Virus record (IMG/VR): IMGVR_UViG_3300009506_000002
Span: 1-64,000 of that record
DNA from: a virus
DNA length: 64,000 nucleotides
Strand: one strand, 5' to 3'
This document shows, piece after piece, positions 17,005 to 26,723 of the stretch (within the stretch, counting starts at the first letter, position 1; every line of letters starts with the position of its first letter). The translations under genes were made by a program, and so were the position numbers. The notes beneath the pieces were generated by a model. That model searched no databases. It saw only the letters and a program-made list of their open reading frames with translations, and was not told the origin of the DNA.

Positions 17005-18108
17005 TTATCTCCTAGTGAGGACAGTTGCGTAGAATTTCGTGCCAGTGAAGAACTTCTCAAAGATCTCCTGAGCATTGCCCTCTAGCAGGTCAGTGTAGTG
17101 ATCATAACCGAGAACCATATTCTCAATGTGGTCAACCAGATCGTTCTTGTAGAACTTGTACAACTCAAAGTTCTCAGTCCACAGGGACGGATAGTTGAAA
17201 GTTGGGTCATACATTTCGGTATATGACAGGCGATTCGGCTGCAACGGAATTGCACCATGCAACATGCCTTCGAACTGTGCAATGCCAAGAGTCTCTTGCC
17301 ATGAAGCAGAGAAAACAACTTTGGCCTGTGCAAGTTTAGCATGATACTCGGTAGTTGTCAAGCCTTTTCCTTGGCAGATATACATCTCAATGCCTTTTTC
17401 AGCCAGTGCTTCTGAAAGGTCTTCGGCAATATCGTGCTGCTTTTCAGGTGACTTGCGGTGAGGGAAGATCACCATGTTTTCTTTGCGCGCCTGAATTGCA
17501 AACTCCTTGAGTGAGCCATTCTGCATGTACTCCATTGGGAAGCCACATACAACGCTCTTCCACGGCGTAATGCTCTCGCCAGCCTTACGCATGACATCCT
17601 CAAACATATTTCTGTGGAATTCGGTTGCAAAGATGTTGGTGTCATAGGCCTCGTACATTGAAGCCTCTACCTTGTATGACCACTTCTTGTTCGGGAAGGT
17701 CTGACCCAGGATGTCCCAACGGTCATAGCTGCCAGCGTGCCACACGCCTACAATGCAGATATCCACACCTGTCAGGTCGGCCATGTAGCGCAGTTGGTGA
17801 ACAGCAGGATTCCATGCGTCAGTGATCAGGAAGACGTCACCGTCACGCACTCCACCCGCAGCAAACCAAAGAGCAACCTGCTTCATCTGCTCTGACTTCC
17901 AGACGTTGGTGTCGATGAAGTTGAGGAACGCGCTGGTTCCAGAGTTGCTCTTCTTGTACTCGCCGTTGATGTTGTAGACTTCGAATGGCAGATCGTTTTC
18001 ATCAATGAAATCGATGAACTGCTTCTGCATGAATTGATGCCAGTGACCTGGGTAGCGGTTCTCGATTGGCTCAATTGGTAGGATGTAGAGTGAATTGCGT
18101 TCTGTCAT
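17005..18108 (-). CDS. Glycosyltransferase (GT-B fold)
   Basis: 'VIFPHRKSPEKQ' and 'SASWQETLGIAQFEG...P..P.RLSY.E' nucleotide-sugar-binding pattern. Confidence 0.8.
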   Translation of the reverse strand: MTERNSLYILPIEPIENRYPGHWHQFMQKQFIDFIDENDLPFEVYNINGEYKKSNSGTSAFLNFIDTNVWKSEQMKQVALWFAAGGVRDGDVFLITDAWNPAVHQLRYMADLTGVDICIVGVWHAGSYDRWDILGQTFPNKKWSYKVEASMYEAYDTNIFATEFHRNMFEDVMRKAGESITPWKSVVCGFPMEYMQNGSLKEFAIQARKENMVIFPHRKSPEKQHDIAEDLSEALAEKGIEMYICQGKGLTTTEYHAKLAQAKVVFSASWQETLGIAQFEGMLHGAIPLQPNRLSYTEMYDPTFNYPSLWTENFELYKFYKNDLVDHIENMVLGYDHYTDLLEGNAQEIFEKFFTGTKFYATVLTRR

Positions 18109-18109
18109 G

Positions 18110-18499
18110 TTAGTCCATCCACGGCATGTACAGCCCGATTGCGCCATTCTCGCCGTCCTCTGAAACTTCAACAGAGAAGCCTCCGCGCTTAGGGTAGTGC
18201 TCGAGGATGTAGTCAGCGATGTCGTCGCAGATCATTTCGCATGATTTGCCGTTGCATTGGTTTTGGTCTTTGAAAAGCGAAAGCAGTTCGCGCTTGAACA
18301 AGATGAACTCGATGTCCCTGTCATCATGGAACACTTGGAGCTCCACTTTCACGTGGAACATGTGCCTGTGAGGGTTGCGCAAGAACGCTACCTCATCTGG
18401 TGCATCTGCCCAGTAATGCTCACCTTCGAACTGAAATTTGACGAAAATTGACTTGCGTACAATCAGGTCTTCGTTTTTGATTCTATCTGGAATACTCAT
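18110..18499 (-). CDS. QueD-like T-fold protein (DpdL-like, putative CDG decarboxylase)
   Basis: 'FEGEHYW', LxxxHRHxF motif (LRNPHRHMF), 'SCEM', 'VSEDGENG'. Confidence 0.75.
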   Translation of the reverse strand: MSIPDRIKNEDLIVRKSIFVKFQFEGEHYWADAPDEVAFLRNPHRHMFHVKVELQVFHDDRDIEFILFKRELLSLFKDQNQCNGKSCEMICDDIADYILEHYPKRGGFSVEVSEDGENGAIGLYMPWMD

Positions 18500-18505
18500 A
18501 CGCGA

Positions 18506-18534
18506 ATTATACCACCTTCAGAAGAAATTGTCAA
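18506..18534 (-). promoter_or_regulatory. Perfect-consensus promoter TTGACA-N17-TATAAT; predicted leaderless mRNA
   Basis: The -10 ends 6 nt before the ATG at 18499. Confidence 0.8.
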
Positions 18535-19387
18535 GGGAAAATGCGCCCTCAAGTGGCACGACAACCTCGTTTGGTGCGCGCCAGTATCGGAAGATAAACT
18601 TGCCACGTTGTACATTTCCTTTCGAGTTAAGTACAACCAGATCATCCTTGTACTTCTCCGCGATGTAGTTCTTCCATTCCTGGACATCCTGCATACGGTC
18701 TTGATCAGAGAACAGAACGGAGTAGTCACCATTCGCCATCTCATTGAGGACAATGTTTTCACACTTGTAGAAGTGCAGGCCGTGTTTCAGCATCTGCATG
18801 GCGAACTCATCGTCCTCCATCTGGAACATGGCTTCATCGAAGAAGATAGTCACGCCATCATACTTCTTGAAATTGCGGATTGTGAAGAATGATCCTTTCA
18901 GGTGCATGTTGCGGCGGAATACGAAGTTATTGTCACGCAAGTCCTTCTCCGCTTTGTAGTCACCAGTGAAGGGCTCGTGGCGCGGGATGATCGGACGGAA
19001 GCCAGCTACAGACGATTTCTGTAACTCATCCCATACATTTTCGAGATTTGTAAAGAATGAGCTACCAAAAATGTGCTCGTAGAGGATCGAGTCATTGTCG
19101 ATGAAGTGAGCCACATCGTAATCCGAGTCATAGAAGTGGCGTAGCAGAGTGTTTCGACCCTTACCTGGGTGTTGTGGTACGTCAGAATGAATGAAGCAAA
19201 TCTTCTCAGATTCATAGAGGGAGATTTCATCTTCGTTATAGCCCTGAGAGTACACGAAAACCCTGTCAATTGATTCTTTCGAGCAGAGCCACTCCAACTG
19301 TCGTCTGTGGTACTCCAAGCGCTTAGAATAGAGCTTAGAGCTACGATCAGCTCCCAGGTATGATACGATGAATACAGCCTGCTTCAT
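18518..19387 (-). CDS. Glycosyltransferase-like protein (GT-A fold)
   Basis: 'GKGRN.LL', DxD 'FIDND', 'EDDEFA' motif; C-terminal SLDNFF. Confidence 0.65.
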   Translation of the reverse strand: MKQAVFIVSYLGADRSSKLYSKRLEYHRRQLEWLCSKESIDRVFVYSQGYNEDEISLYESEKICFIHSDVPQHPGKGRNTLLRHFYDSDYDVAHFIDNDSILYEHIFGSSFFTNLENVWDELQKSSVAGFRPIIPRHEPFTGDYKAEKDLRDNNFVFRRNMHLKGSFFTIRNFKKYDGVTIFFDEAMFQMEDDEFAMQMLKHGLHFYKCENIVLNEMANGDYSVLFSDQDRMQDVQEWKNYIAEKYKDDLVVLNSKGNVQRGKFIFRYWRAPNEVVVPLEGAFSLDNFF

Positions 19388-19388
19388 C

Positions 19389-20075
19389 TTAGCCCTTCAT
19401 ATCAATGAGGGACAGGAACTCTGCTTTCAGGCTTGGCTCATCGCGGAACTCACCACGCATGACCGAAGTCACCATGTCGGACTCGTGCTCTTTCACGCCT
19501 CGGTGAGTCATACAGTGATGCTCTGCGCGCACTACCACGGCGATGCCCTTAGCTTCTGTCAGCTCTTCGATGATGTCAGCAATCTGCTCTGTCATCTCTT
19601 CCTGGATGGTAGGACGCGAAGCGACCCAATCAACCAGTCGGTTGAACTTGCTCAGACCAATGACCTTCTCACCTGGCTTTACGCCAATCCAACATTTACC
19701 AGTGATATTCTGGAAGTGGTGCGCACAGGTAGAGCGTACAGTGATAGGCCCCACAGTGTAGATCTGGTCGTACTTTTTGGCATTTGGAAACGCGGTAACG
19801 TCGGGCATAGGGTAGAAGCGACCACGGAAGATCTCGTCGACGTACATTTTGGCAATGCGTTTAGCAGTGTCTCGAGTGTTATGGTCGTGTTCTGTATCGA
19901 TGCAGAGGGCATCAAGAACTCCCTGGAAAGCGAGTTCAACGTTTGTTCTAATCGCTTGGCGATGAATATCCGCAAGTTCAGGGATATTGTCATTGCATGA
20001 CATAGGCTCTTTGTCGAGCTCGCAAACCTTGATTCGTTCACGCAATCTTTGCTGTGCATAAGCATTGTCTTCCAT
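19389..20075 (-). CDS. folE: GTP cyclohydrolase I
   Basis: 'STCAHHF', 'IGLSKF.R', 'IQE', 'AEHHCM..RG'. Confidence 0.96.
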   Translation of the reverse strand: MEDNAYAQQRLRERIKVCELDKEPMSCNDNIPELADIHRQAIRTNVELAFQGVLDALCIDTEHDHNTRDTAKRIAKMYVDEIFRGRFYPMPDVTAFPNAKKYDQIYTVGPITVRSTCAHHFQNITGKCWIGVKPGEKVIGLSKFNRLVDWVASRPTIQEEMTEQIADIIEELTEAKGIAVVVRAEHHCMTHRGVKEHESDMVTSVMRGEFRDEPSLKAEFLSLIDMKG

Positions 20076-20084
20076 CTGTTCTCC

Positions 20085-20513
20085 TTAAATCCGTATGCTA
20101 TCAAAATTTAGATGACTTGTCAAGTCGGTTGAAGGGCCTTGGCCTTCATAATACCACAACCTTTGAATCTTCTGATTCCACACCCAGAGCGGTCTACAAA
20201 ACTGCATTGAGATGTGAATCATGCTCTTCGTGCCTCGTGACTTACCATCCCAAAACACTGCCGCCGCCTCAGAGTTCTTTGACATTTTCTGGTTGCGCAA
20301 GAACCCTGCGCGCTTGCCATGTAGGTCCCACTTTGCTGGCATGCGCACGCACTCGTGACCGTAAACCTCTGCCCACTTTTCACCAAGTTTGTCTGCGCCC
20401 TCGGCTGTACCAGAAATAATGGTGCAACAACGATGTACCAATAACCAAGATGAGGATTTCAAAGTCAAAATATCTATCCCATGAAATACACTCATCTTGG
20501 ATCGGAAAAACAT
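20085..20513 (-). CDS. YspA/SLOG-family protein (N-terminus possibly degenerate)
   Basis: 'IISGTAEGAD..GE.WA', 'AGFLRN..M', 'FWDGKSRGT..MI'. Confidence 0.75.
   Translation of the reverse strand: MFFRSKMSVFHGIDILTLKSSSWLLVHRCCTIISGTAEGADKLGEKWAEVYGHECVRMPAKWDLHGKRAGFLRNQKMSKNSEAAAVFWDGKSRGTKSMIHISMQFCRPLWVWNQKIQRLWYYEGQGPSTDLTSHLNFDSIRI
20095..20123 (-). promoter_or_regulatory. Promoter TTGACA-N17-TAGCAT for folE
   Basis: Consensus spacing; embedded in the end of the upstream ORF. Confidence 0.65.
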
Positions 20514-20536
20514 CCTACCAAGTTGGGTTTGGTAGG
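20508..20536 (-). terminator. Putative intrinsic terminator after queE
   Basis: CCTACCAA-ACCCAAC-TTGGTAGG hairpin followed by a T-rich tract. Confidence 0.55.
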
Positions 20537-20537
20537 A

Positions 20538-21407
20538 CTAAGTAGACCACGAATTTCCGAACAGATGACAGTGAAGACGCGGACTGAAGAAGTAGCCGTG
20601 GCGCATAGCCAGTTCTGCAACCCCACGCTCGGTTAGTTTGAGTCCTTCAATGGTTGCACCTTCCGGCATCAGGTAGATGTCTCCGATGAAATTGGTGTAG
20701 GTGGCTTCTACCTTTTCAACTTCCTCAATGTCCTGCTCGTCACGGATAACGAACTTGAGGTAAACATCAAAGTCCTCAGGGCTCCAGTCGTACAATTCAA
20801 CAACGTACTGGTCAACAGCTTCTGCCACAATTGCTTTCTGGAATGGTTCGCCAGAGATGCTCAATTTTGGCGAGACCGAGAACGTTACCTTGCCTCGTCC
20901 GTTGGTAGTATAATCTCGCAACGCCTGAACGAATTCTGGCAAGAGAGTCTGCGTACCATTTGTTTCGAACGTCAGGTCCATCTGGAAGTTGGTTCCTGCA
21001 AAGAACTCGACCCAGAACTTCTGATACTTCTTGAGCAATGGTTCGCCACCAGTGATAACGAGGTCTGGTGTATTCCACATATCCGCGTCGGTGAAGTAAC
21101 TCTGAATCCGGTTGTTAAGTTCGTCGACAGTGAAATCCTCTGAGAGATGGCGGTAACGCTTGCTCCATGCTGCGGAACTGTCACAACCGAAGTTGAAAAC
21201 TGGCAAGTCCTCAATGCTCTCAACCTGAGATACGTCGAATGTGTTATGGGGCATTTCCTCAATTGGAATCATATTGCCACGCGGCTGACCAAAGCCCGGA
21301 CAGTTCAGATTACAACCAAACACCCGGACAAAGACTGAGGGAACTCCAACCCGACGTCCTTCGCCCTGTACTGAATAGAATGCTTCTGTAATTTTAATCT
21401 TGCGCAT
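20538..21407 (-). CDS. queE: 7-carboxy-7-deazaguanine synthase (radical SAM)
   Basis: 'FYSVQGEG', C-x3-C...CD, 'ITGGEP', 'FETNGT', 'SVSPK', 'SPRLH'; own AAGGAG SD. Confidence 0.94.
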   Translation of the reverse strand: MRKIKITEAFYSVQGEGRRVGVPSVFVRVFGCNLNCPGFGQPRGNMIPIEEMPHNTFDVSQVESIEDLPVFNFGCDSSAAWSKRYRHLSEDFTVDELNNRIQSYFTDADMWNTPDLVITGGEPLLKKYQKFWVEFFAGTNFQMDLTFETNGTQTLLPEFVQALRDYTTNGRGKVTFSVSPKLSISGEPFQKAIVAEAVDQYVVELYDWSPEDFDVYLKFVIRDEQDIEEVEKVEATYTNFIGDIYLMPEGATIEGLKLTERGVAELAMRHGYFFSPRLHCHLFGNSWST

Positions 21408-22319
21408 TTGTTCTCCTTGCCTTTCAAGAAATAGTGCAACCTTCTTGTGGTGTTCCAGAACTTCACTGTCCAAAGAGTCACCTTTCATTCTGTTGCACAT
21501 TGCGCACAAAGGCTGGATGTTTGTGAAAGTGTATCCAAAATCGGAGTTCTGTGAAGGCTTAGAAAAAATGCGGTCAATAGACATAACATTATGCTGTCCG
21601 ATATTTGACTTAACCTTACGAGAAAGTTCCATTCCACAATGCTGGCACATAAGGAATCCGTCCTTCATAACATAATAATGCATCTTTCTATTGATTCCCT
21701 CAATAGAAAGTTCCATTGGAATATTACGCTCTTCTGCCGATGAAACAACCTTCTTGTAGAAATGTGCATCAATGAAGGTGGTTTCTTGAAATTTTCTATT
21801 GTCGAGAGATTCATCTGCGCCAGCGGTGCCGAACTCATTTGCGCCACGAGCCGAAGATTCATTCAGATGATGAACCTTAAATCCGAACACGTGGTCTGAA
21901 ATATCTTTGCTGTAAGAATCTGAATAGATAGCAGACAGCACACGACGAGGATTGCCACTTTCATCATCGTAGACAGTAACTCCTAGAATTTTGAAAACGT
22001 TTCCTCTCAGCTTTGAAACAAAGACACGTCCTGCAAATTTACTCTTTCCTGCGCGAGGATTTGACAACTTCTGGAGTGAAACATCTTCCGAACCCTTTAC
22101 AAGTTCCCACGATTTCTGAACAGATGAGCGTGTAATGGAACCAGTCTCTCCTGTGCCAATAACGGTATATTCTATACGAACATCACGAGATGGGCGACCC
22201 ACTCCCGTCACACGATCAACACGAATAAGGCGGTTGTGAGAACTGCGGTTGTCGATTTTTGGTGTGTAGATGTTTCCTTTATATTTGGAATTAATCTCAT
22301 AGCGTTCTTCTATGATAAT
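21408..22319 (-). mobile_element. HNH endonuclease-like ORF, in frame with queE without an intervening stop
   Basis: 'CQHCG...SIDRI...GYTFTNIQPLCAMCNRMK' His-Me finger pattern; more AT-rich than flanks; inserted between queD and queE. Confidence 0.7.
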
Positions 22320-22333
22320 AAACTCCTGTTCTC

Positions 22334-22909
<576 letters not shown>

Positions 22910-22918
22910 TTACACTAT

Positions 22919-23200
22919 TTAGACTTCGTTGTCAATCAAAAATGCTTCTAGCTGTGACTCTAGCACACGCAGTCGCTCTTCGAGTTCAGGAAGTTGGCCT
23001 TCAAGCAAGTGACCATAGAGATCCCATGGTACGTTGACAGTCAGCGGCGGGCCTGAATATCCGAGGTGTGAATAGTCCTGCACGTAAATCAGCAGTTCCT
23101 TTTTCTCCTCAATGTCGTGTTTGATCTGTGTGATGATACCACGCAGGCGCTCGTACTCACGTCCTGCATCGTGTAGCTTTTCTTTGTCGAGGATTCTCAT
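22919..23200 (-). CDS. Hypothetical protein
   Basis: Coupled ORF. Confidence 0.65.
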   Translation of the reverse strand: MRILDKEKLHDAGREYERLRGIITQIKHDIEEKKELLIYVQDYSHLGYSGPPLTVNVPWDLYGHLLEGQLPELEERLRVLESQLEAFLIDNEV

Positions 23201-23430
23201 CGTCTATCTCCTGGGATTGATGTTGCCCACGCGATCCACACATCTAAGAAAATCCACATGAAACTAGCAGAAGCAGCGATTGCGCCAGTGTAGTATCTCC
23301 AAGTGTATTCATCCATCTCGGTAGGGTAGTAGGCATAGAAGGCGTATTGGGTTAAATAGAACCCGGCCACCATTACGATAAATGCAATGGCGACGCGGGT
23401 TCTTAGTTGACTAAAAAGTCTGGTGATCAA
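23197..23430 (-). CDS. Hypothetical membrane protein
   Basis: Two hydrophobic helices. Confidence 0.6.
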   Translation of the reverse strand: MITRLFSQLRTRVAIAFIVMVAGFYLTQYAFYAYYPTEMDEYTWRYYTGAIAASASFMWIFLDVWIAWATSIPGDRR

Positions 23431-23987
23431 TGGGTGCCTGTTGAACCAAAGCCGCCTACGCGGTCGGTCTTCTGAGTAGGCGCATCAACGATCTCTGTGA
23501 TGTGGCAGCGATTAACAGGGACGAGCTCTGCTTGCGCAATACGCTCGCCGTGTTCGATGACGGCATACGTACTCGAGAAGTTGTACAGCATGACGAACGT
23601 CTCGTGATAGTAGTCGTGATCGATGATGCCCTCACTGTTTGCCAGCATGAGACCCTTTTTCCATGCCAGACTACTGCGCGCGTGCAAGCGCAAAGAGTAG
23701 CCCTCAGGGATGTCAAAGATCAAGCCAGTTGGTACGAGTACACGTCCGCCGGGCTCAATTGTGATCGTCTCAGGGCCATCTGCAGGCTCGATGTAGTGAT
23801 ACGGCACCTTAAGGTTGCACATATCATAGCAGTTGATTGTCTGGCCGGGAACGATACACGCCGAAATATCAAAGCATGCCGCGCCCTGTGTTGCTTCCTT
23901 TGGCATTACCGCCTCAGGATGGATCTTGTAAACACCCAGTATTGGGTGGAGGGGCCCTTCAACCCCACCGAATTCGTTCTTTGCCAT
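23427..23987 (-). CDS. dut: Trimeric dUTPase
   Basis: 'ARSSLA', 'GIIDHDY', 'GERIAQ', 'RVGGFGSTG'. Confidence 0.94.
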   Translation of the reverse strand: MAKNEFGGVEGPLHPILGVYKIHPEAVMPKEATQGAACFDISACIVPGQTINCYDMCNLKVPYHYIEPADGPETITIEPGGRVLVPTGLIFDIPEGYSLRLHARSSLAWKKGLMLANSEGIIDHDYYHETFVMLYNFSSTYAVIEHGERIAQAELVPVNRCHITEIVDAPTQKTDRVGGFGSTGTH

Positions 23988-24385
23988 CAGTGATTTGCTC
24001 CGATTGTGTACTTCGAGATCAGCTTCCATTGTGGCTTCTCCCAGTGTTTCAGCACAAACACCTTGACGCGATTCTCACCTTCGAGCACCTCGACAGGGTG
24101 AGTCAAGTTGACCAGTCCCCAGTCTTCGAGCAGCTTGGCGATGTGATTGCGACGGAAGATGTCTTCCTCAGAAATGTTTGCTGGCTTGCCATCCAGCGCG
24201 AACATCTCCTTGAAATGCACGACGTAATACTTGCCCTTCTTCTGCAGAATGTGGCACGACTGATAGAGCTCGTGCTTCTTGAAGTTGGCAATACCGACTC
24301 GCTCCAGTGTTTCCTTCACCTGCAGAAACGAGTCATCCTTTGGAAGTGTTACTTCCAACATATCATTTGGAGTCCATTCACTCAT
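23987..24385 (-). CDS. regA: Translational repressor RegA
   Basis: 'FLQVKETL.RVG', 'LYQSCHIL.K.GKYY.VHFKE.FALDG'. Confidence 0.96.
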   Translation of the reverse strand: MSEWTPNDMLEVTLPKDDSFLQVKETLERVGIANFKKHELYQSCHILQKKGKYYVVHFKEMFALDGKPANISEEDIFRRNHIAKLLEDWGLVNLTHPVEVLEGENRVKVFVLKHWEKPQWKLISKYTIGANH

Positions 24386-24834
24386 GTTTTTCCACCTTTA
24401 TTCATACGTTGTCTTAACGTTTCGATTTCTTCTGGCTTGAGGATTCGCAGTGCCTCGAGCGCTTTTGATTCGTTGTAACCATAGTAGTCCATGATCAGTT
24501 TCACGTCTGCTACATTGGTTTTCTTTGCCCATCCATACCGTTTGCCCTTGCGAATTGAGTGGATATAATAGTCATAGACCATCTGCTTTGTCATGGTTGG
24601 GCGACGGTTGACTTCATTGGCGTACAGGACGCAATCAAGATGCATAGACATTGCCCTGTTGATAATGAAAGCCTGAAAATCCTTCTCCGCTTCCGGATCC
24701 TGACGCAGCAAGTTAACCTTGTGCTGGGTCAGGTCTGGAAGGAAGTCCTTGAATAGGTCAAGGCGTTTGCGCTTTGCTGGCGCAACCTCTTCTGGCTCGA
24801 CGATGTCGTTGCCAAAAAGATCAATGCCCGACAT
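24382..24834 (-). CDS. 62: Clamp loader small subunit (gp62)
   Basis: 'FIINRAMS..DCVLYANE.N', 'YYGYN..KA.EAL.IL'; synteny. Confidence 0.92.
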   Translation of the reverse strand: MSGIDLFGNDIVEPEEVAPAKRKRLDLFKDFLPDLTQHKVNLLRQDPEAEKDFQAFIINRAMSMHLDCVLYANEVNRRPTMTKQMVYDYYIHSIRKGKRYGWAKKTNVADVKLIMDYYGYNESKALEALRILKPEEIETLRQRMNKGGKT

Positions 24835-25016
24835 TACCGAGCCTGCAAGCGATTATCATGGTACTCAATACCTGGCACTTTGCCTTTCTTGATCATCTCG
24901 ACACGCTGCTCTTCTTTGTACTTCTCATATTGACCAGCGCCAATCGAGAACAGGATGCCGATAATGGCGATCGCGATCATCAACTCAATGAGGGTAAATC
25001 CTTTCTGCTTTTTCAC
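24834..25016 (-). CDS. Mini type IV pilin-like protein (prepilin N-methylation motif)
   Basis: 'KKQKG/FTLIELMIAIAIIGIL'; GTG start with AAGGAG SD. Confidence 0.8.
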   Translation of the reverse strand: MKKQKGFTLIELMIAIAIIGILFSIGAGQYEKYKEEQRVEMIKKGKVPGIEYHDNRLQAR

Positions 25017-25028
25017 TTCATATTCTCC

Positions 25029-25973
25029 TTATTCGAAATCACAATTCATCATAATTTCGACGCAGGCAGCAACGGTATTGATTTCTGCGTCGGCCACAAA
25101 GGCAGCCTTGTACTGTGCATCGTTCAGTATCAGGTCAGCCTGTGGAATGCTTGAGGGTTTGAGGTACTCGTAAGCGCCATCATATATCTTGCGGAAAATG
25201 GTGGCTGGGTCAAGGTCAGAGTTCTGAGCGACCCACTTGCGCATATCGGAGTACTTCTTGGCTTTCAGGAATCTCATCAGCTCGTCAATTGAAACGTCGC
25301 CAATGGTAGCCAGAAGGCCTGTGTCAATACTACCAGAAGTAGAGTACCTTTGCAACTCATTTATTGCACGTCGGAAGTCTGGGTAGAACTTCTTGACAAA
25401 TTCAGCCAGTACCTTTTCGTCATACGTCACGCCCTCTTCTTCAAGGATGTGGCGCAAGCGCGCCCAGAAGCCAGCCTGCATCTTCATCTTTTCATCTGGT
25501 GTGAATACGAATTCGATGACTGCACAGCGGCTATGAATTGGCTCAATCAGTTTGTTCTTGAAGTTGCAGGTCAGAATGAACTTGCAATTGCTCGAGAACT
25601 CTTCCATGAACGCGCGCAAAGCAGGCTGGAAGCTCTGAGCGTTTGAGTAGTCCGCCTCGTCAAGGATGACCACTTTCTCATTACCCATCATCGAGATGGA
25701 TGACGCGAATTGTTTGATCTTGTTGCGCAGTGTGTCGATGTTACCCTCAATAGAGGCGTTGATGAACAACACGTCTGCACCAATCTCAGAACAAAGCGCG
25801 CGAGCAATTGTGGTCTTACCAATGCCAGCGCCACCCGTCAGAAGCAAGTTCTGAGGAAGGCGCCCACCGGCTACGAATTGCTTGAATACGTCCTTGATTC
25901 GCGTTGGCAGAATACAATCTGAAATCGTCTGTGGGCGATATTTTTCAACCCACAAAAACTCTTCACGGCTCAT
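25029..25973 (-). CDS. 44: Clamp loader large subunit (gp44)
   Basis: 'LWVEKYRP', 'GGAGIGKTT', 'LDEAD', 'SRC'. Confidence 0.97.
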   Translation of the reverse strand: MSREEFLWVEKYRPQTISDCILPTRIKDVFKQFVAGGRLPQNLLLTGGAGIGKTTIARALCSEIGADVLFINASIEGNIDTLRNKIKQFASSISMMGNEKVVILDEADYSNAQSFQPALRAFMEEFSSNCKFILTCNFKNKLIEPIHSRCAVIEFVFTPDEKMKMQAGFWARLRHILEEEGVTYDEKVLAEFVKKFYPDFRRAINELQRYSTSGSIDTGLLATIGDVSIDELMRFLKAKKYSDMRKWVAQNSDLDPATIFRKIYDGAYEYLKPSSIPQADLILNDAQYKAAFVADAEINTVAACVEIMMNCDFE

Positions 25974-25983
25974 GATCTGCTCC

Positions 25984-26667
25984 TTAGGCTTCGTATGTAG
26001 AGCTCTTCTCGAGGGCAATGAAATACTCGGCGTTGTTCTCTTTGCCAACCCAGTGAGTGATCAGCTTTGAGGATACCTCGACGGTATAGTCGCCTGGCAG
26101 GACCTTCATGTTTTCAGCGCGGATGTAGAAGGTGAAGTTGGCATCGCCATCGTAGTCTCCTACATGCTCGGCATAGCCATTGGAGTCGTCGTTGCCCTTG
26201 TCGGTGACTCCGAGCATCAGCTTGTTACCCTCACGGCGAATGACCACATCTGGCAAGCCAAGCACGGATGCCGACTTGATGATACGATCGAACTGCTTCT
26301 GGGTGATGCTGAATGATACGTCGGGAGAAGGCATCTGAATCTGCTTCTCAGGCGGTGAGACGATGATTGATGGGTCGGCGTAGTTGTAGACCAGTGTTGC
26401 GTTGGTCTTGCCTGACGCATCAGAGATGGTGACGAAGTTCTCGCCAAAGTTGAATTCTGGTTCGTCGAACAGTGAGATTGCGGCGATGAATTCGTTGAGG
26501 TCATAAATGCCAAAGTCCTTCGGCAGCTTGTCGTCAATCTCGATATAGCCGAAAACGTTTTTGGCTACCGAGATGGTCTTCTGCGCAGTGCCCTTTCGGA
26601 ACAGCAGGCTCTGGTTGATTGTAGCAAAGTTCTTCAATGCTGCAATCGTGCTATCACTTAGATGCAT
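25984..26667 (-). CDS. 45: Sliding clamp (gp45)
   Basis: 'LS..T...LKNFATINQS', 'FGIYDLNEF', 'PGDY.V', 'YFIALE'. Confidence 0.96.
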   Translation of the reverse strand: MHLSDSTIAALKNFATINQSLLFRKGTAQKTISVAKNVFGYIEIDDKLPKDFGIYDLNEFIAAISLFDEPEFNFGENFVTISDASGKTNATLVYNYADPSIIVSPPEKQIQMPSPDVSFSITQKQFDRIIKSASVLGLPDVVIRREGNKLMLGVTDKGNDDSNGYAEHVGDYDGDANFTFYIRAENMKVLPGDYTVEVSSKLITHWVGKENNAEYFIALEKSSTYEA

Positions 26668-26694
26668 AGGTACTCCTTTCAGATATAATTGCGT

Positions 26695-26723
26695 AGTCTA
26701 TACGAAACAGACTACCTTGTCAA
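26695..26723 (-). promoter_or_regulatory. Promoter TTGACA-N17-TAGACT for gene 45
   Basis: Consensus match. Confidence 0.8.

Noticed and set aside
20085-20513. Calling the SLOG gene a pseudogene
   Set aside because: The N-terminus looks atypical and may be frameshifted, but the core is intact and this cannot be established without an alignment
21408-22319. Intein or group I intron in queE
   Set aside because: QueE is intact from its own start, there are no intein splice motifs, and the HNH lies upstream of rather than inside the gene
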